64,000 bases of DNA from the NCBI GenBank assembly GCA_965204375.1, contig OZ241986.1, forward strand, positions 5,152,001 to 5,216,000. Reading direction: 5' to 3'. Numbering within the stretch: position 1 is the stretch's first letter; the number at the start of each line of letters is the position of its first letter. This DNA is from Candidatus Latescibacterota bacterium. GTDB taxonomy: Bacteria > Latescibacterota > UBA2968. The translations under genes were made by a program, and so were the position numbers. Below are positions 1-10,513 of the stretch, one piece after another. The notes under the pieces are model-generated. The model searched no databases. It was not told where the DNA came from and saw nothing but the letters and a program-made list of their open reading frames with translations.

Positions 1-217
1 CCATAGCTAAATGGCTGCGCAGGGTAAAATCAAACTCAGCCGATGGGCGCACCTGTGGCAATTGCGCCATGCGCTCCTTCAAAGTTTGCACATCGGCCAA
101 CAAAGTGCGACAATGCTCGCACTCGGCAGCTTTGCGCTCCATTTCCGCCATCTCAACCGGACTCATTTCGCCATCTACATAAGCCGAAACTCGCGCTTCA
201 AAATCAGTAACGGTCAT
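1..217 (-). CDS. Anti-sigma factor, zf-HC2-like N-terminus (partial, runs off the window)
   Basis: Read manually: MTVTDFEARVSAYVDGEMSPVEMAEMERKAAECEHCRTLL..., with SAYxDGE and CxxC motifs. GGAGG RBS; lies directly downstream of an ECF sigma gene. Confidence 0.8.
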   Translation of the reverse strand, partial: MTVTDFEARVSAYVDGEMSPVEMAEMERKAAECEHCRTLLADVQTLKERMAQLPQVRPSAEFDFTLRSHLAM

Positions 218-247
218 GTCTCGATTTGACCTCCGTTTCAGGATATC

Positions 248-859
248 TTAAACATTAAGGCCCACATCTCGGCCTTCATTTTTCAATTTTTGTTGTAATT
301 TTAAGCGCCCGCGATTGACGCGCGACTTCACCGTCCCAACCGGACATTTCACAATTTCAGAAATCTCATAATACGACATACCTTCCACATCGCGCAACAA
401 AATCACCTGGCGGTAATTATCGGGCAACGAAGCAATGGCATTCTGGATCTCCACATCAACCAGAGAAGATTCCGCCATGCGATCGGGACGCATAGATTCA
501 TCGGGCAAATCCATGCCCGTATCTGACTCCTCGTCTCGATCCAGTGAAAACAACCGCCATCGCTTGCGCCTTCTCAACTCACTTTTGGCCAAATTTCCGG
601 CAATCGTAAACAGCCATGTAGAAAAATTGGCAATTGCGCGGTATTCCTCGCGCTTTCCAAACGCGCGCAAAAACGCCTCTTGCACGATATCTTCTGCTGT
701 TTCCCGATCGCTCACAAAGCGAAAAACAAAATTGTACAACCGTCCTTGATAGCGCCGCACAATTTTTCCATAAGCATCAATATCTCCAGCAGATACTTCA
801 GCTAAAATCTCTACATCGGGTTGTTCGCCAAGTCCATATCTCGAATTTGCCATAAGCAT
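248..859 (-). CDS. ECF sigma-70 factor (RpoE/SigW-like)
   Basis: AEDIVQEAFLRA, FSTWLFTIAGN and YEISEIVKCPVGTVKSRVNRGR motifs. Start placed at ATG 859 after GGAGG. Confidence 0.92.
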   Translation of the reverse strand: MLMANSRYGLGEQPDVEILAEVSAGDIDAYGKIVRRYQGRLYNFVFRFVSDRETAEDIVQEAFLRAFGKREEYRAIANFSTWLFTIAGNLAKSELRRRKRWRLFSLDRDEESDTGMDLPDESMRPDRMAESSLVDVEIQNAIASLPDNYRQVILLRDVEGMSYYEISEIVKCPVGTVKSRVNRGRLKLQQKLKNEGRDVGLNV

Positions 860-1064
860 GGAATTCCTCCCCTTTGGGCATATCTTCCCATCCCATCCCA
901 AAGCTTTACATCCTCAATCCTACTATTAAACCCCCCATGCACCGTCAGGGTTCCCAAAAATACGCGCCGACTATTTTTCCGCATTGCGCCTTCGTCAATC
1001 CCGTCTTATATTCATCAGCCCAAATCCGAAACTGATGACATTCATAAGAAAGCGAGGAACCCCG

Positions 1065-3059
1065 ATGGCAGCAAATCAGGTCGTCGAACAAAACGGACAA
1101 TACATCCCACCGCAAAATCTCAGCACCAATGCACATGTTCCCAGCATAGATGCCTACGGAAAACAATACGAAAAATCAATTGCCGACCCCGAAGCATTCT
1201 GGGTAGAAATTGCCAATTCATTTCACTGGTACAAAAAATGGGACACCGTGCGGTCCTACAACTACAATATAGACAACGGGCCGATCTCTATCAAGTGGTT
1301 TGAAGGGGCCAAAACCAACATCACGTACAACTGCATTGACCGTCACCTCGCGTCTCGAGGAGATCAAGTCGCCATCATCTGGGAAGGCAACGAGCCTGGT
1401 GAGGACGCCAAACTCACCTATAGTGAACTGCATGAACAAGTCTGCAAATTTGCCAACGTACTCAAATCTCGAGGTGTAAAAAAAGGCGACTGCGTCTCCA
1501 TCTACATGCCCATGATCCCCGAACTCGCCATCGCTATGCTGGCCTGCGCGCGCATCGGCGCTGTCCACTCAATCGTCTTTGGCGGCTTCTCCGCCGAAGC
1601 ACTGGCAGACCGCATCGTCGATTCCTCCTGTCAGATCGTACTCACTACAGATGGCATGTTCCGCGGCGACCGCCCCATGGAACGCAAGCAACCCGCCGAC
1701 GAAGCCATCGCATTGGCCAACTCGCGCATGGGGAACATTAGTGTTCACACCTGCATCGTCGTCCAGCGCGTGGGCGAAGATAGTGGCATCGCATGTCCCA
1801 TGCGTGAAGGACGCGACTTGTGGTGGCACGAAGCCATGTCAGAAGTTGATGCCGACTGCCCATGCGAAGAAATGGACGCCGAAGATCCGCTCTTCATCCT
1901 CTACACATCTGGTTCCACCGGCAAACCCAAAGGCGTACAGCACAATGTAGGTGGCTACATGGTGTACACGGGCTACACGCATAAAAATGTCTTTGACTAT
2001 CAGGACGGCGACATCTACTTTTGCGCCGCCGACATAGGCTGGATCACAGGCCACTCCTACATCATCTACGGACCCTTATCAAATGCCGCCACCACCATCA
2101 TGTTTGAAAGCACGCCCGTCTATCCCGACCCGGGCCGTTACTGGCAGGTCATCGACAAATACAAAGTCAACCAATTCTACACCGCGCCCACAGCCATACG
2201 CGCTCTAACCAGAGAAGGCGATGAATGGCCCGCCAAATACGACCTGTCATCCCTCAAAATACTCGGCACAGTGGGCGAACCCATCAATCCCGAAGCCTGG
2301 CAATGGTATCACCGCAATGTCGGGAGAGAGCGATGCCCCATCGTAGATACATGGTGGCAAACCGAAACCGGAGGCATCCTCATCAGCCCCCTGCCCGGCG
2401 CAACCCCTACCAAACCCGGGTCTGCGACCTTTCCTCTCTACGGCATCAAACCCGTGGTACTCGAACCCGAATCGGGCAAAATCGTCGATGGCAATGGCGT
2501 CGATGGCGTACTCGCCATCTCAGAACCCTGGCCGGGACAAATGCGCACTGTCTATGGCGATCACAAACGCTTTGAAGAAACCTACTTTCAGCAATACAAA
2601 GGCTTCTACTTCACCGGTGACGGCTGTCGTCGCGACGAAGACGGCTACTACTGGATCACCGGCCGCGTAGATGACGTCATCAACATCTCGGGCCACCGCA
2701 TGGGCACCGCCGAAGTCGAAAGCGCCCTGGTCTCACACGCCAAAGTAGCCGAAGCCGCTGTCGTCGGCTTCCCGCACGAAATCAAAGGACAGGGCATCTA
2801 TGCCTATGTCACCCTCAATGTGGGCGAAGCCTATACCGACGACCTCAAAGCCGAACTCGTCCAGCAAGTCCGCACCGAAATCGGTCCCATCGCCACCCCG
2901 GATGTAATCCATTGGGCACCGGGACTGCCCAAAACGCGCTCGGGCAAAATCATGCGCCGAATCCTGCGCAAAATCGCCGAAAATGACACCTCGGACCTCG
3001 GCGACACCTCCACCCTCGCCGACCCAACCGTCGTTGACGACCTCCTCGCCAACCAATAA
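1065..3059 (+). CDS. acs: Acetyl-CoA synthetase
   Basis: [21 protein letters not shown] and [11 protein letters not shown] motifs. Start moved to ATG 1065 after GAGG. Confidence 0.97.
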   Translation: MAANQVVEQNGQYIPPQNLSTNAHVPSIDAYGKQYEKSIADPEAFWVEIANSFHWYKKWDTVRSYNYNIDNGPISIKWFEGAKTNITYNCIDRHLASRGDQVAIIWEGNEPGEDAKLTYSELHEQVCKFANVLKSRGVKKGDCVSIYMPMIPELAIAMLACARIGAVHSIVFGGFSAEALADRIVDSSCQIVLTTDGMFRGDRPMERKQPADEAIALANSRMGNISVHTCIVVQRVGEDSGIACPMREGRDLWWHEAMSEVDADCPCEEMDAEDPLFILYTSGSTGKPKGVQHNVGGYMVYTGYTHKNVFDYQDGDIYFCAADIGWITGHSYIIYGPLSNAATTIMFESTPVYPDPGRYWQVIDKYKVNQFYTAPTAIRALTREGDEWPAKYDLSSLKILGTVGEPINPEAWQWYHRNVGRERCPIVDTWWQTETGGILISPLPGATPTKPGSATFPLYGIKPVVLEPESGKIVDGNGVDGVLAISEPWPGQMRTVYGDHKRFEETYFQQYKGFYFTGDGCRRDEDGYYWITGRVDDVINISGHRMGTAEVESALVSHAKVAEAAVVGFPHEIKGQGIYAYVTLNVGEAYTDDLKAELVQQVRTEIGPIATPDVIHWAPGLPKTRSGKIMRRILRKIAENDTSDLGDTSTLADPTVVDDLLANQ

Positions 3060-3064
3060 GGCAG

Positions 3065-3101
3065 AAAAAAGGCGGACACGATTGCGTGCCCGCCTTTTTT
3101 T
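3065..3101. terminator. Bidirectional intrinsic terminator
   Basis: AAAAAAGGCGGACACG-ATTG-CGTGCCCGCCTTTTTT between convergent genes. Confidence 0.85.
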
Positions 3102-3115
3102 AATCGACCATCATC

Positions 3116-4069
3116 TCACAGCACCACATCATCTAAAATATGTTCAAATGCTTCAAGACTGGACACCTGGACCGCCGAGCGGAGCACCTGTTTGAGGCGT
3201 TGCAAATCTTCAATGGCGGCAATGCGAGCAGATAGGGAATGCGAAGCAGGGAGATCAAATCGAATCTCTAACACATCGAGAATATCTGCAATCGCACGGT
3301 CTCTTTCACCTCGCTTAATGCCCTGCTCAAGACCCTGCTCTCTGCCCTCCTCAAGGCCCTCCTCTCTGGCTTCCTCTCTGCTTTGTTGGGTAAGGTGTTG
3401 AAAAAGAGATGATTCGCGGATCAGATCCATGATACCCTCCTTAAAAATAATACCAGAAATTGTTTCAGACTCATATACCAACTCGCTCAACGCCACCATG
3501 CCAGCCAGATAATCCGCCCGATATGACCGGGCGATGGGATGCGTCCGAGCCGTGTGAATACACTGATGCAACCACGCATCTAAGGCCATCCCCTCAGGTG
3601 GCTTCATCAATGGCGTGAAAGGAATCAGACCCGATTGCTCCGATTCGAGCACGCGCTCGCCTTCTATCTCAATCAACCTGATCACCCTGTACTGAACCGC
3701 GAACAGGTAGCCGGAACGCTCCTGGATATAATATCCGGGATCGCGCCGCCCGGCATTGGGACGCAGGTAGATCACGTTGGAATATATCGGCAGACCGTGT
3801 TGTCTAATAGCATGTCCAATATAGCCTGCCATGCGGCGCGGCATGGGCGGATTGGTGCTGTCAGTCGTTTGAAACTCGTTGTGAACCAATACCTCTTCGT
3901 CATCGATACGCACGCGAATCAGGCTATCGGTCTGGTGTGCTTCAATCGTGAGTTGCTCTGTGTCAATGACGGCAAGAACTTCAACGTCTTCGCGTCCGAG
4001 GGTGAAACTGGCAAAGTCGTCGGGATAAGTTTGAATGAGGTGTTTAGATATTGCATCAAATTCGGCCAT
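3116..4069 (-). CDS. Rpn-family (PD-(D/E)XK) recombination-promoting nuclease / putative transposase with DUF4351-like tail
   Basis: TDSLIRV..HNEFQT, MPRRMAGY, VIYL, a run of EEG/EQG repeats and a C-terminal LEIRF...LEAFE. Confidence 0.8.
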   Translation of the reverse strand: MAEFDAISKHLIQTYPDDFASFTLGREDVEVLAVIDTEQLTIEAHQTDSLIRVRIDDEEVLVHNEFQTTDSTNPPMPRRMAGYIGHAIRQHGLPIYSNVIYLRPNAGRRDPGYYIQERSGYLFAVQYRVIRLIEIEGERVLESEQSGLIPFTPLMKPPEGMALDAWLHQCIHTARTHPIARSYRADYLAGMVALSELVYESETISGIIFKEGIMDLIRESSLFQHLTQQSREEAREEGLEEGREQGLEQGIKRGERDRAIADILDVLEIRFDLPASHSLSARIAAIEDLQRLKQVLRSAVQVSSLEAFEHILDDVVL

Positions 4070-4250
4070 GTGAGATGCCCCAGATCTGAGAGTTGGTCGT
4101 ATTTTGGACAAACGCAACAGTCAGAACTCAAGCAAATATCAGGCCAAGATCACAAAATTGAGCGATAAAAGGAGGCTCGACAGAAACTCAGACACCTCAT
4201 TATGCTTTCAATATGCAGTATTGAGCTATTGTTCACAACTTGAATTTAAA

Positions 4251-4281
4251 TCCGCAGATGGACGCAGATGGGCACAGATGA
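4251..4281. repeat. 10-bp tandem repeat (xxCGCAGATG family), 3 units
   Basis: TCCGCAGATG GACGCAGATG GGCACAGATG. Confidence 0.7.
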
Positions 4282-4581
4282 AAGGCAAAAGGGTACATTT
4301 TGAGCCATGAATAGGCGGCATAGTGAAAGATATGTGCCACTTGCCCGAAGCCAGCCAATCCCCCTGTCAGAAGCGGTGTACAACTGGTCGATTTCCAGAC
4401 CAGTTCATCAGGATGGGCAGAGCCTGCACTGGAATGTTTCTATCCAGTGATGTGAGGATTTACACCCCTCTCAAGCCCCCCATCCAAACCCATTACACAC
4501 TCTCAGTGGATTACGAAGGGATAGGTGGTCAATAAAAACCGTCGTCAGGATATTGCCTTTGTACGAGTAAGAGCAATACAT

Positions 4582-7500
4582 TTACTGATCTACGACACGC
4601 ACGGGAATGGGAACAGTGCGAAAATCTACATGATCGCCGTGCGTGACCTGGAGTTCAATCGTAGTTTCGCCTACCTTGAGACCACGCAGGTGAAAATCAA
4701 ACTTGCCGACATCATCGGCATCCTGAACAACTTCCAAAACCGTGGGATCGGCAATCGCCCATGTAAATTTGAAATCGGGATCATCTGGTGGGGGAATCTC
4801 ATCGCCATGGTCATCCAGAAAACGGATGCTCCATTTAGGAGTAAGTCCACCATTGGAAACTTTGAGATGGCCTACCCGACCACCGCTGGCATCGATCTGC
4901 CCTTGAAAATATCGGAAAAATCGATTGCCCGAATCTATGAGGACCAGACCCTCGGGTTCGAAACGTTCTTTCTCTTCCTTACCGAAGCTTCTGCCAAAAA
5001 TCAGAAAATCGCCAAATCCAATCGTGCCATCTTCATCCAGATCATACTTTGCGTCATACTGCTCATCGCCACGACTTAAACCAAACTGGCCTACAAATAG
5101 CACAAAGTCGTCAAAACCAACCCGCCCATCGCCATTAAAGTCCGGCGTAAGAACCGCAAGCTGTAATGCCACGCTGGTATTATCAAACGTTACCTCTTCA
5201 CGTTGTCCCCCGCGACCGAGTTCGGCACGCACCAACCGAAGCGTTGTGCCAGAAAACGTACTCGTTGTGCGAAAACGAATACTTCCCACCAGACCGCTAT
5301 CGACTGCGGCCTTCCCCCCAAAAGACACCAGACTAATCTCAATAGCAGTTGGATTCGTGCTTGGTAAGGCAAGCACCTGAGCATTTGGTAGAACACTGCC
5401 TGAGTCAAATCCCTCATAAAGCAGTTGCGTTGCATCGTATTCAAAGCGAATGGAAACACCATCCGCATTCTGGATATTTTTGCCAAATACCTGAAGGGAG
5501 ACAACCGACCCGGGAGCAACATCGAGAGATGTAACCGCTTGGTCGCCTGCTGCACCATCCACATCCAGAGATAGTGAAAAGGTGGCCTGTGACACCCCAT
5601 CCAATCCCAATGCAGACATATCCCACAGAATGACCGTACCACTACCACCCCCTGAAGCAAGGGATGTCCCATCGGGAGAAAACGCAACAGACCAGACAGG
5701 TTGCGTACGACCAAAATCAGAATGCTCATCTATATGCCTATAAGTCGCGATATTTTGTCCTGTCGCAATGTCCCAAAGTTTAACTGTTCTATCACTTGAC
5801 CCTGAACCGAGGGATGTCCCATTGGGAGAAAATGCAACAGACCAGACCGAAGACTTATGCCCTTCAAAGGTGGCACTATTTGTTTGCGTCGCTATATTCC
5901 ACAGCCTGATTGTGTTATCCCCTGACCCGGACGCGAGAGTTTTGCCATCAGGAGAGAACACCACAGAAGAGATCCCAGATGTATGTCCTTCAAGCGTAGC
6001 GATAGTGCGACCTGTCGCAATATCCCAAAGTTTAACTGTTCTATCACTTGACCCCGAAGCGAGGGTTTTACTATCGGGAGAAAACGCCACTGAACGGACC
6101 CTATGTGTGTGTCTTAGCGTGGTGATATTTTCTTTAGTCGCCACATCCCACAGCTTGATTGTGCTATCCTGTGAACCCGAAGCAAGCATTGTACTATCAG
6201 GAGAAAACGCCACTTGAACAGAACGCGTATGCTCCTCAAAGGTAGCGATATTTTCTTTGGTCGCAATATCCCATAGTCTAACCGTGCCATCGTATGCCCC
6301 TGAGGCGAGGGTTTTGCTATTGGGAGAAAATGCCACTGAACGGACCCTATGTGTGTGTCTTAGCGTGGCGATATTTTCTTTAGTCGCCACATCCCACAGC
6401 TTGATTGTGCTATCCTGTGAACCCGAAGCAAGCATTGTACTATCGGGAGAAAATGCTACTGAACGGACAGAACCTATATGTCCCTCAAGCGTGACGATAC
6501 GGTGTGGCGATAATTCCCACAGACTAAATGCCTCTGCGCTAACATTCCCTTCAGTATCAACCGCCATAATAAAAATCGAATGCACAGGAGGTTCGGAAAG
6601 ACTTGAAAATACAGCAGACGGAATAACGCCATCATAATCAAATTCAACTATAGCCTCTCTTTCGCCTGAAAACCCGCTACATATTTTCACTTCAGCACCT
6701 CCGGCGGCAAAGTGTGGCTCTCTTGTTCTAATGAATAGAATCACCTGATGAAGGCCATCTAAATCGCTGACTTTGAGTTGGATAGAGACACTTCTTGAGC
6801 CTGCTGGATATTCACGCTGAGAAATGAGTTCGATTGTTGGCGGCGGCGTCTCTTCATCTGGAATATCGGGATTAAAGTAAGGATGTACAGCCAAAAATTC
6901 AGCATTACATGCTGATAACTGGTCTTCTACCCTTGGACCATACGACATGATGTAATTGCCATCCCTGAAATCGTGCGACAATCCGAAAGCATGGCCAAGT
7001 TCATGTGCCGCTGTGTGAAAGCTAAATCTACCAGGAACCAATGCATCTCCGCCATTTTTCCCTCTGGAGCCTGCTGTCCCTCCTGCACGCTGACCACCAC
7101 CAGTACCAATTGCATCTATACTATTGTCAATGACAATGAAGTAAATATTCTTTCTCACATCAAACACCTGTTCAATCTCGTCAAACATGGTAAGAAATGT
7201 ATTGTCAAGATAGTGAATATCAGGGTATTGACCATCCACGCGATGAACCATCGGTTCGCCTCGTGCATCGGTTTCAAAGCGAAAAGTTTTGTACCCATAT
7301 CCATGCGCCTGCATCTGTTCTGCATAAAAGGTCTGAATCTGGCGAATTGCAACTTTTATCGAATCAACTACTTCCTGACGAAACGGACGGTCATTCGGCA
7401 AGAAGTAGATCATCCGCACAGTACGCGGTTCGCCAACGTTCAAATTAAGCGCGTGCTTTGTAGCAGCATAGATGCTATCGCGTGCCTGCCTGTCTTCGAG

Positions 7501-7632
7501 ATTGAGAGGTAGGCAAAAATGTACATTGTTCTCAGCGGATGGATGAGAAGCATACCCAACAGACGAGAAGCAACCGCAGATAACCGCAGATAGACACAGA
7601 TAAAAAGCAAAACGAATAATGGAGCTTTTCAT
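4582..7632 (-). CDS. Secreted metzincin-like metalloprotease with WD40 propeller, cohesin-like and dockerin/EF-hand-like modules
   Basis: Signal peptide; HELGHAFGLSH...IMSY (HExxHxxGxxH plus Met-turn); about 7 WD40 repeats (GH..V.SVAFSPD..LASGS.D.TIKLWD); PDFNGDGRVGFDDF...YDLDEDGTIGFGDF. Confidence 0.85.
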   Translation of the reverse strand: MKSSIIRFAFYLCLSAVICGCFSSVGYASHPSAENNVHFCLPLNLEDRQARDSIYAATKHALNLNVGEPRTVRMIYFLPNDRPFRQEVVDSIKVAIRQIQTFYAEQMQAHGYGYKTFRFETDARGEPMVHRVDGQYPDIHYLDNTFLTMFDEIEQVFDVRKNIYFIVIDNSIDAIGTGGGQRAGGTAGSRGKNGGDALVPGRFSFHTAAHELGHAFGLSHDFRDGNYIMSYGPRVEDQLSACNAEFLAVHPYFNPDIPDEETPPPTIELISQREYPAGSRSVSIQLKVSDLDGLHQVILFIRTREPHFAAGGAEVKICSGFSGEREAIVEFDYDGVIPSAVFSSLSEPPVHSIFIMAVDTEGNVSAEAFSLWELSPHRIVTLEGHIGSVRSVAFSPDSTMLASGSQDSTIKLWDVATKENIATLRHTHRVRSVAFSPNSKTLASGAYDGTVRLWDIATKENIATFEEHTRSVQVAFSPDSTMLASGSQDSTIKLWDVATKENITTLRHTHRVRSVAFSPDSKTLASGSSDRTVKLWDIATGRTIATLEGHTSGISSVVFSPDGKTLASGSGDNTIRLWNIATQTNSATFEGHKSSVWSVAFSPNGTSLGSGSSDRTVKLWDIATGQNIATYRHIDEHSDFGRTQPVWSVAFSPDGTSLASGGGSGTVILWDMSALGLDGVSQATFSLSLDVDGAAGDQAVTSLDVAPGSVVSLQVFGKNIQNADGVSIRFEYDATQLLYEGFDSGSVLPNAQVLALPSTNPTAIEISLVSFGGKAAVDSGLVGSIRFRTTSTFSGTTLRLVRAELGRGGQREEVTFDNTSVALQLAVLTPDFNGDGRVGFDDFVLFVGQFGLSRGDEQYDAKYDLDEDGTIGFGDFLIFGRSFGKEEKERFEPEGLVLIDSGNRFFRYFQGQIDASGGRVGHLKVSNGGLTPKWSIRFLDDHGDEIPPPDDPDFKFTWAIADPTVLEVVQDADDVGKFDFHLRGLKVGETTIELQVTHGDHVDFRTVPIPVRVVDQ

Positions 7633-7767
7633 GGGTTTGTGCTCCTTTAATCTACTTCTATTGACGATGATATCTTATTCACGATTCAAGACGTGCCCCA
7701 TTATACGCTTTTTCTATATCAGACAAAGACTTATGGGCGGATGTAAAAGCAACCTTTAGTCTTTTCT

Positions 7768-8373
7768 TTAAGTCATGTTCATACCAGATTCCCAAGCCAG
7801 AAATTCAGCTATTTCAAGACAATCTGAGGCCATAGCGGGAAGTCCTCCGAGTTCAAGCTCCCAGAACTTAGGCGTGAAGTGGACAAACTCATTTCTCAAC
7901 TGGTTCAATAGTTTGATAGATTGATCTTGGGTACCTGTGGGAACGAACTGCTGGCTATCCCCGTGCCTTTTCATTGGGGGCTTATCATCTTTGATCTTCT
8001 TATAAAGGTCGAGGAAGTTAGCGAGTTTCCCGCGCGGCTCTGGCTCGTCGCTTCTATCATTTTCATACCAACTTAACCACCGATCCGCATCCTTTTCGTG
8101 AAGAACATTCAAGCCATGACTTCCTGTGAGCGCAAGGACCATCATGCCCTGGATGCCGCTATGCAGAGCGAAGGTCGCCCACTTCCACTGACGCGGATCA
8201 TCTATGACCCGTTGTAGCTGTTCTGAGAACATCTCGAAGTCCGAAACCGTCTCGATCCATTCATTTGTGCTCAGCCATTCATCTTCCAAGTTATTTGGTT
8301 CTTCTTTTGGATGGAATATTGCTTGGTACATCTGATCCATTTCATTTTGAATCGCGTTATTCTCCTGTTTCAT
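7768..8373 (-). CDS. Hypothetical protein with a HEPN-like RxxxxH motif
   Basis: LNQLRNEFVH motif near the C-terminus; strong AGGAGG RBS. Confidence 0.6.
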   Translation of the reverse strand: MKQENNAIQNEMDQMYQAIFHPKEEPNNLEDEWLSTNEWIETVSDFEMFSEQLQRVIDDPRQWKWATFALHSGIQGMMVLALTGSHGLNVLHEKDADRWLSWYENDRSDEPEPRGKLANFLDLYKKIKDDKPPMKRHGDSQQFVPTGTQDQSIKLLNQLRNEFVHFTPKFWELELGGLPAMASDCLEIAEFLAWESGMNMT

Positions 8374-8501
8374 AATACACCTCCTGATGAGAGTGAATCT
8401 CTGGATGCTCCTATTTCAATTTTACTATCCAGTGGAGTCCCTTGTAGATGTGAGGTAGGTCGTGCCATTCTCACTCAAAAGATTGCTATAAGATTCCGCA
8501 G

Positions 8502-8804
8502 TCATTTCACCAACCCCTTTTGTCGTCCGCGGCGTAAGGTGCGTTTTTGGTCTGCGGGATTTGAGGGATAGGCAGTGATGACGCGCCCGTTGCGTATCAC
8601 GACCTTGCGATTCACAAGCCGACTCAACGTCTGTATCTCTCGCTTTCGGATCTCAATCTCGCGGGCGGCATCCCGGTTACGCATAAAATAGGTTTCGTCG
8701 TCAATCTGCGTTCCATACGCGAGAATGATCGGTATATCCGCTTTGCGAATGCCGCGCTGTTGCAGGCGTGTCTCGGCGTGTCGGCTATAAATGAGATTAC
8801 TCAT
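8502..8804 (-). CDS. DUF4258-like (RelE/barnase-fold) small basic protein, putative toxin
   Basis: YSRHAETRLQQRGI at the N-terminus and VITAY near the end; ATGA overlap with the upstream gene. Confidence 0.7.
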   Translation of the reverse strand: MSNLIYSRHAETRLQQRGIRKADIPIILAYGTQIDDETYFMRNRDAAREIEIRKREIQTLSRLVNRKVVIRNGRVITAYPSNPADQKRTLRRGRQKGLVK

Positions 8805-9832
8805 TGATCATCTCCTTCTTGATCAGTTTCGGAATTGGTCTTTTGAGAATCCGCCTTCAATAAAATATTCCTCTTCTCATCGCCTTGTAGCGACGTGGCT
8901 ATAAACTCTGCGATTACGCCCTCTTTATCCCGTTCCAAAATATCCGGTAGCTTTTCTTCAAGCCACTTCGCACGCTTCTCGCTGGCATCTTCTGCCATCA
9001 GTTCATCGGGAATCTCTGAGAGCCGCGCACAACCAGTTTCAAGGCATATCCTGGCAATAGGAGATCCGTTAGCAATGTGGTCGAGTTCTTCTCGGCAGAT
9101 GTCGTAGTGAGGGAACTTGAAATTTGACGCCAAGCTGAGAACACCACTATCTACATCAACCACGCCGGAGGCAGCGAGTTCTTCTGCTAACTTTCGCAAA
9201 TAGTGGGTGAAGGGGTTGTTTTTAGAGGCATCAAAGGGCGTACCCATAAAATCATCATCCAGATGTTCGCCAAATAGATCAGCCTTATCGATGGACTCTC
9301 CTTCTCCGCCGGCACCTTCGTCCATGCCGTGCTGAAGATATGCGCTGCCCCCACTCCAGAATCCATCAATTTTCATCAAATGATCGTACGCTTCCTCCAC
9401 CTCTTTCAATTTTTCGCGTCGCCAGGCGAGACTTCCTTCGGCCAGAAGGACAAAAAAGAGCGGTGCCATATTAATGATCTCGGTGGCATTGACACTATAT
9501 CGGCGTTTGATGAGGTCGTAGGCGAGTCGGGTCTTCGGTGCTACCTGCGCGCCAATCTGGACTCGGTCGGGGTTGTCGGCGGGCGTATCATCGGACTCGG
9601 GAAGCGGCAACTCGCCGGTGAGTACACCAGGTTCGACGCTGAGTGCCTTGGCTAAGCTTTCTATGGTGTGCTCGCGGACAGTCGTGTTCTGCTGTGAAGT
9701 GGCTTCTAAGCGTTGGATTGTCTTCTCGGTAATTCCAGGTGGATTCACACGCTTGGTCTTTTCCGCCAGTTTAACCAGCGAAAGTTTCTGCTTTTTGCGC
9801 AGATAGCGAAGGCGATCAGGATCAATTTTCAT
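8801..9832 (-). CDS. XRE-family HTH protein with a large acidic C-terminal region
   Basis: RLRYLRKKQKLSLVKLAE...TIQRLE...LAKALSVEPGVL. Confidence 0.75.
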   Translation of the reverse strand: MKIDPDRLRYLRKKQKLSLVKLAEKTKRVNPPGITEKTIQRLEATSQQNTTVREHTIESLAKALSVEPGVLTGELPLPESDDTPADNPDRVQIGAQVAPKTRLAYDLIKRRYSVNATEIINMAPLFFVLLAEGSLAWRREKLKEVEEAYDHLMKIDGFWSGGSAYLQHGMDEGAGGEGESIDKADLFGEHLDDDFMGTPFDASKNNPFTHYLRKLAEELAASGVVDVDSGVLSLASNFKFPHYDICREELDHIANGSPIARICLETGCARLSEIPDELMAEDASEKRAKWLEEKLPDILERDKEGVIAEFIATSLQGDEKRNILLKADSQKTNSETDQEGDDQ

Positions 9833-9948
9833 GGCGAGGCTCCTTGAAGTAAGTTTTCACGACGAGGCCGCTTAAATTTGAAATGCTATAAAATATAATA
9901 TAATTAAAATAGCCTCGCAATGGATATATTTCCAAAATAATTATTTAA

Positions 9949-9983
9949 ATAATAGGACATTTATATTCTAAATGTCCTATTAT
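9949..9983. promoter_or_regulatory. Perfect 15-bp inverted repeat, candidate XRE operator
   Basis: ATAATAGGACATTTA-TATTC-TAAATGTCCTATTAT in AT-rich DNA upstream of the XRE gene. Confidence 0.55.
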
Positions 9984-10112
9984 ACCCTTGAAACACTTAC
10001 CGAGACTCTGTCCCAGCGCACAAAGAAGACAAACGCGGACATTTTGATGTTTTGCATCCCTCGGCCCGTTTCCCGCGGATGTGGCGTGGGTTTGACCAGC
10101 GTCGCCAGTAAC

Positions 10113-10148
10113 AAAAAAATACCGCCCTCCCGATATAGGAGAGCGGCA
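10113..10148 (-). terminator. Intrinsic terminator after the cupin gene
   Basis: Minus strand reads GCCGCTCTCC-TATATC-GGGAGGGCGGT-ATTTTTTT. Confidence 0.7.
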
Positions 10149-10187
10149 TAGGATGGATTGGTGCTATGAACCGACGCCTGTGTTTTT

Positions 10188-10490
10188 CTATCCCTTCAAC
10201 TCCACAATAATATTCCGCCAGGGTTCATCACCCACATTGATGGCCTCGTGAATATCTTCGCCATCAACATCTCGCCATTGCACCTGTCCATCCTCCATAT
10301 CGCGGGCCTCGCGTTTGGTCCCATCTGATGAAACGCCCTGGAGTGTTCCCCCGCCGATAACCACGTACAAATAGTCATTCTCGTGCCGATGCATGCCCGT
10401 ACTCTCGCCCGGGGCAAGCGCGAGATCCCAAACGCGCACGCGATCATTTTCAAAAAGCAATTTGGTCCCAATATCTTCAGATATATTCAT
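10188..10490 (-). CDS. Cupin domain protein
   Basis: LFENDRVRVW, MHRHENDY, HEAINVG, IIVELK. Confidence 0.85.
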   Translation of the reverse strand: MNISEDIGTKLLFENDRVRVWDLALAPGESTGMHRHENDYLYVVIGGGTLQGVSSDGTKREARDMEDGQVQWRDVDGEDIHEAINVGDEPWRNIIVELKG

Positions 10491-10513
10491 CTTGACCTCC
10501 TGTAAATAAAATG

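Noticed and set aside
3116-4069. Rpn-like gene as an IS element
   Set aside because: No terminal inverted repeats or target duplication were seen.
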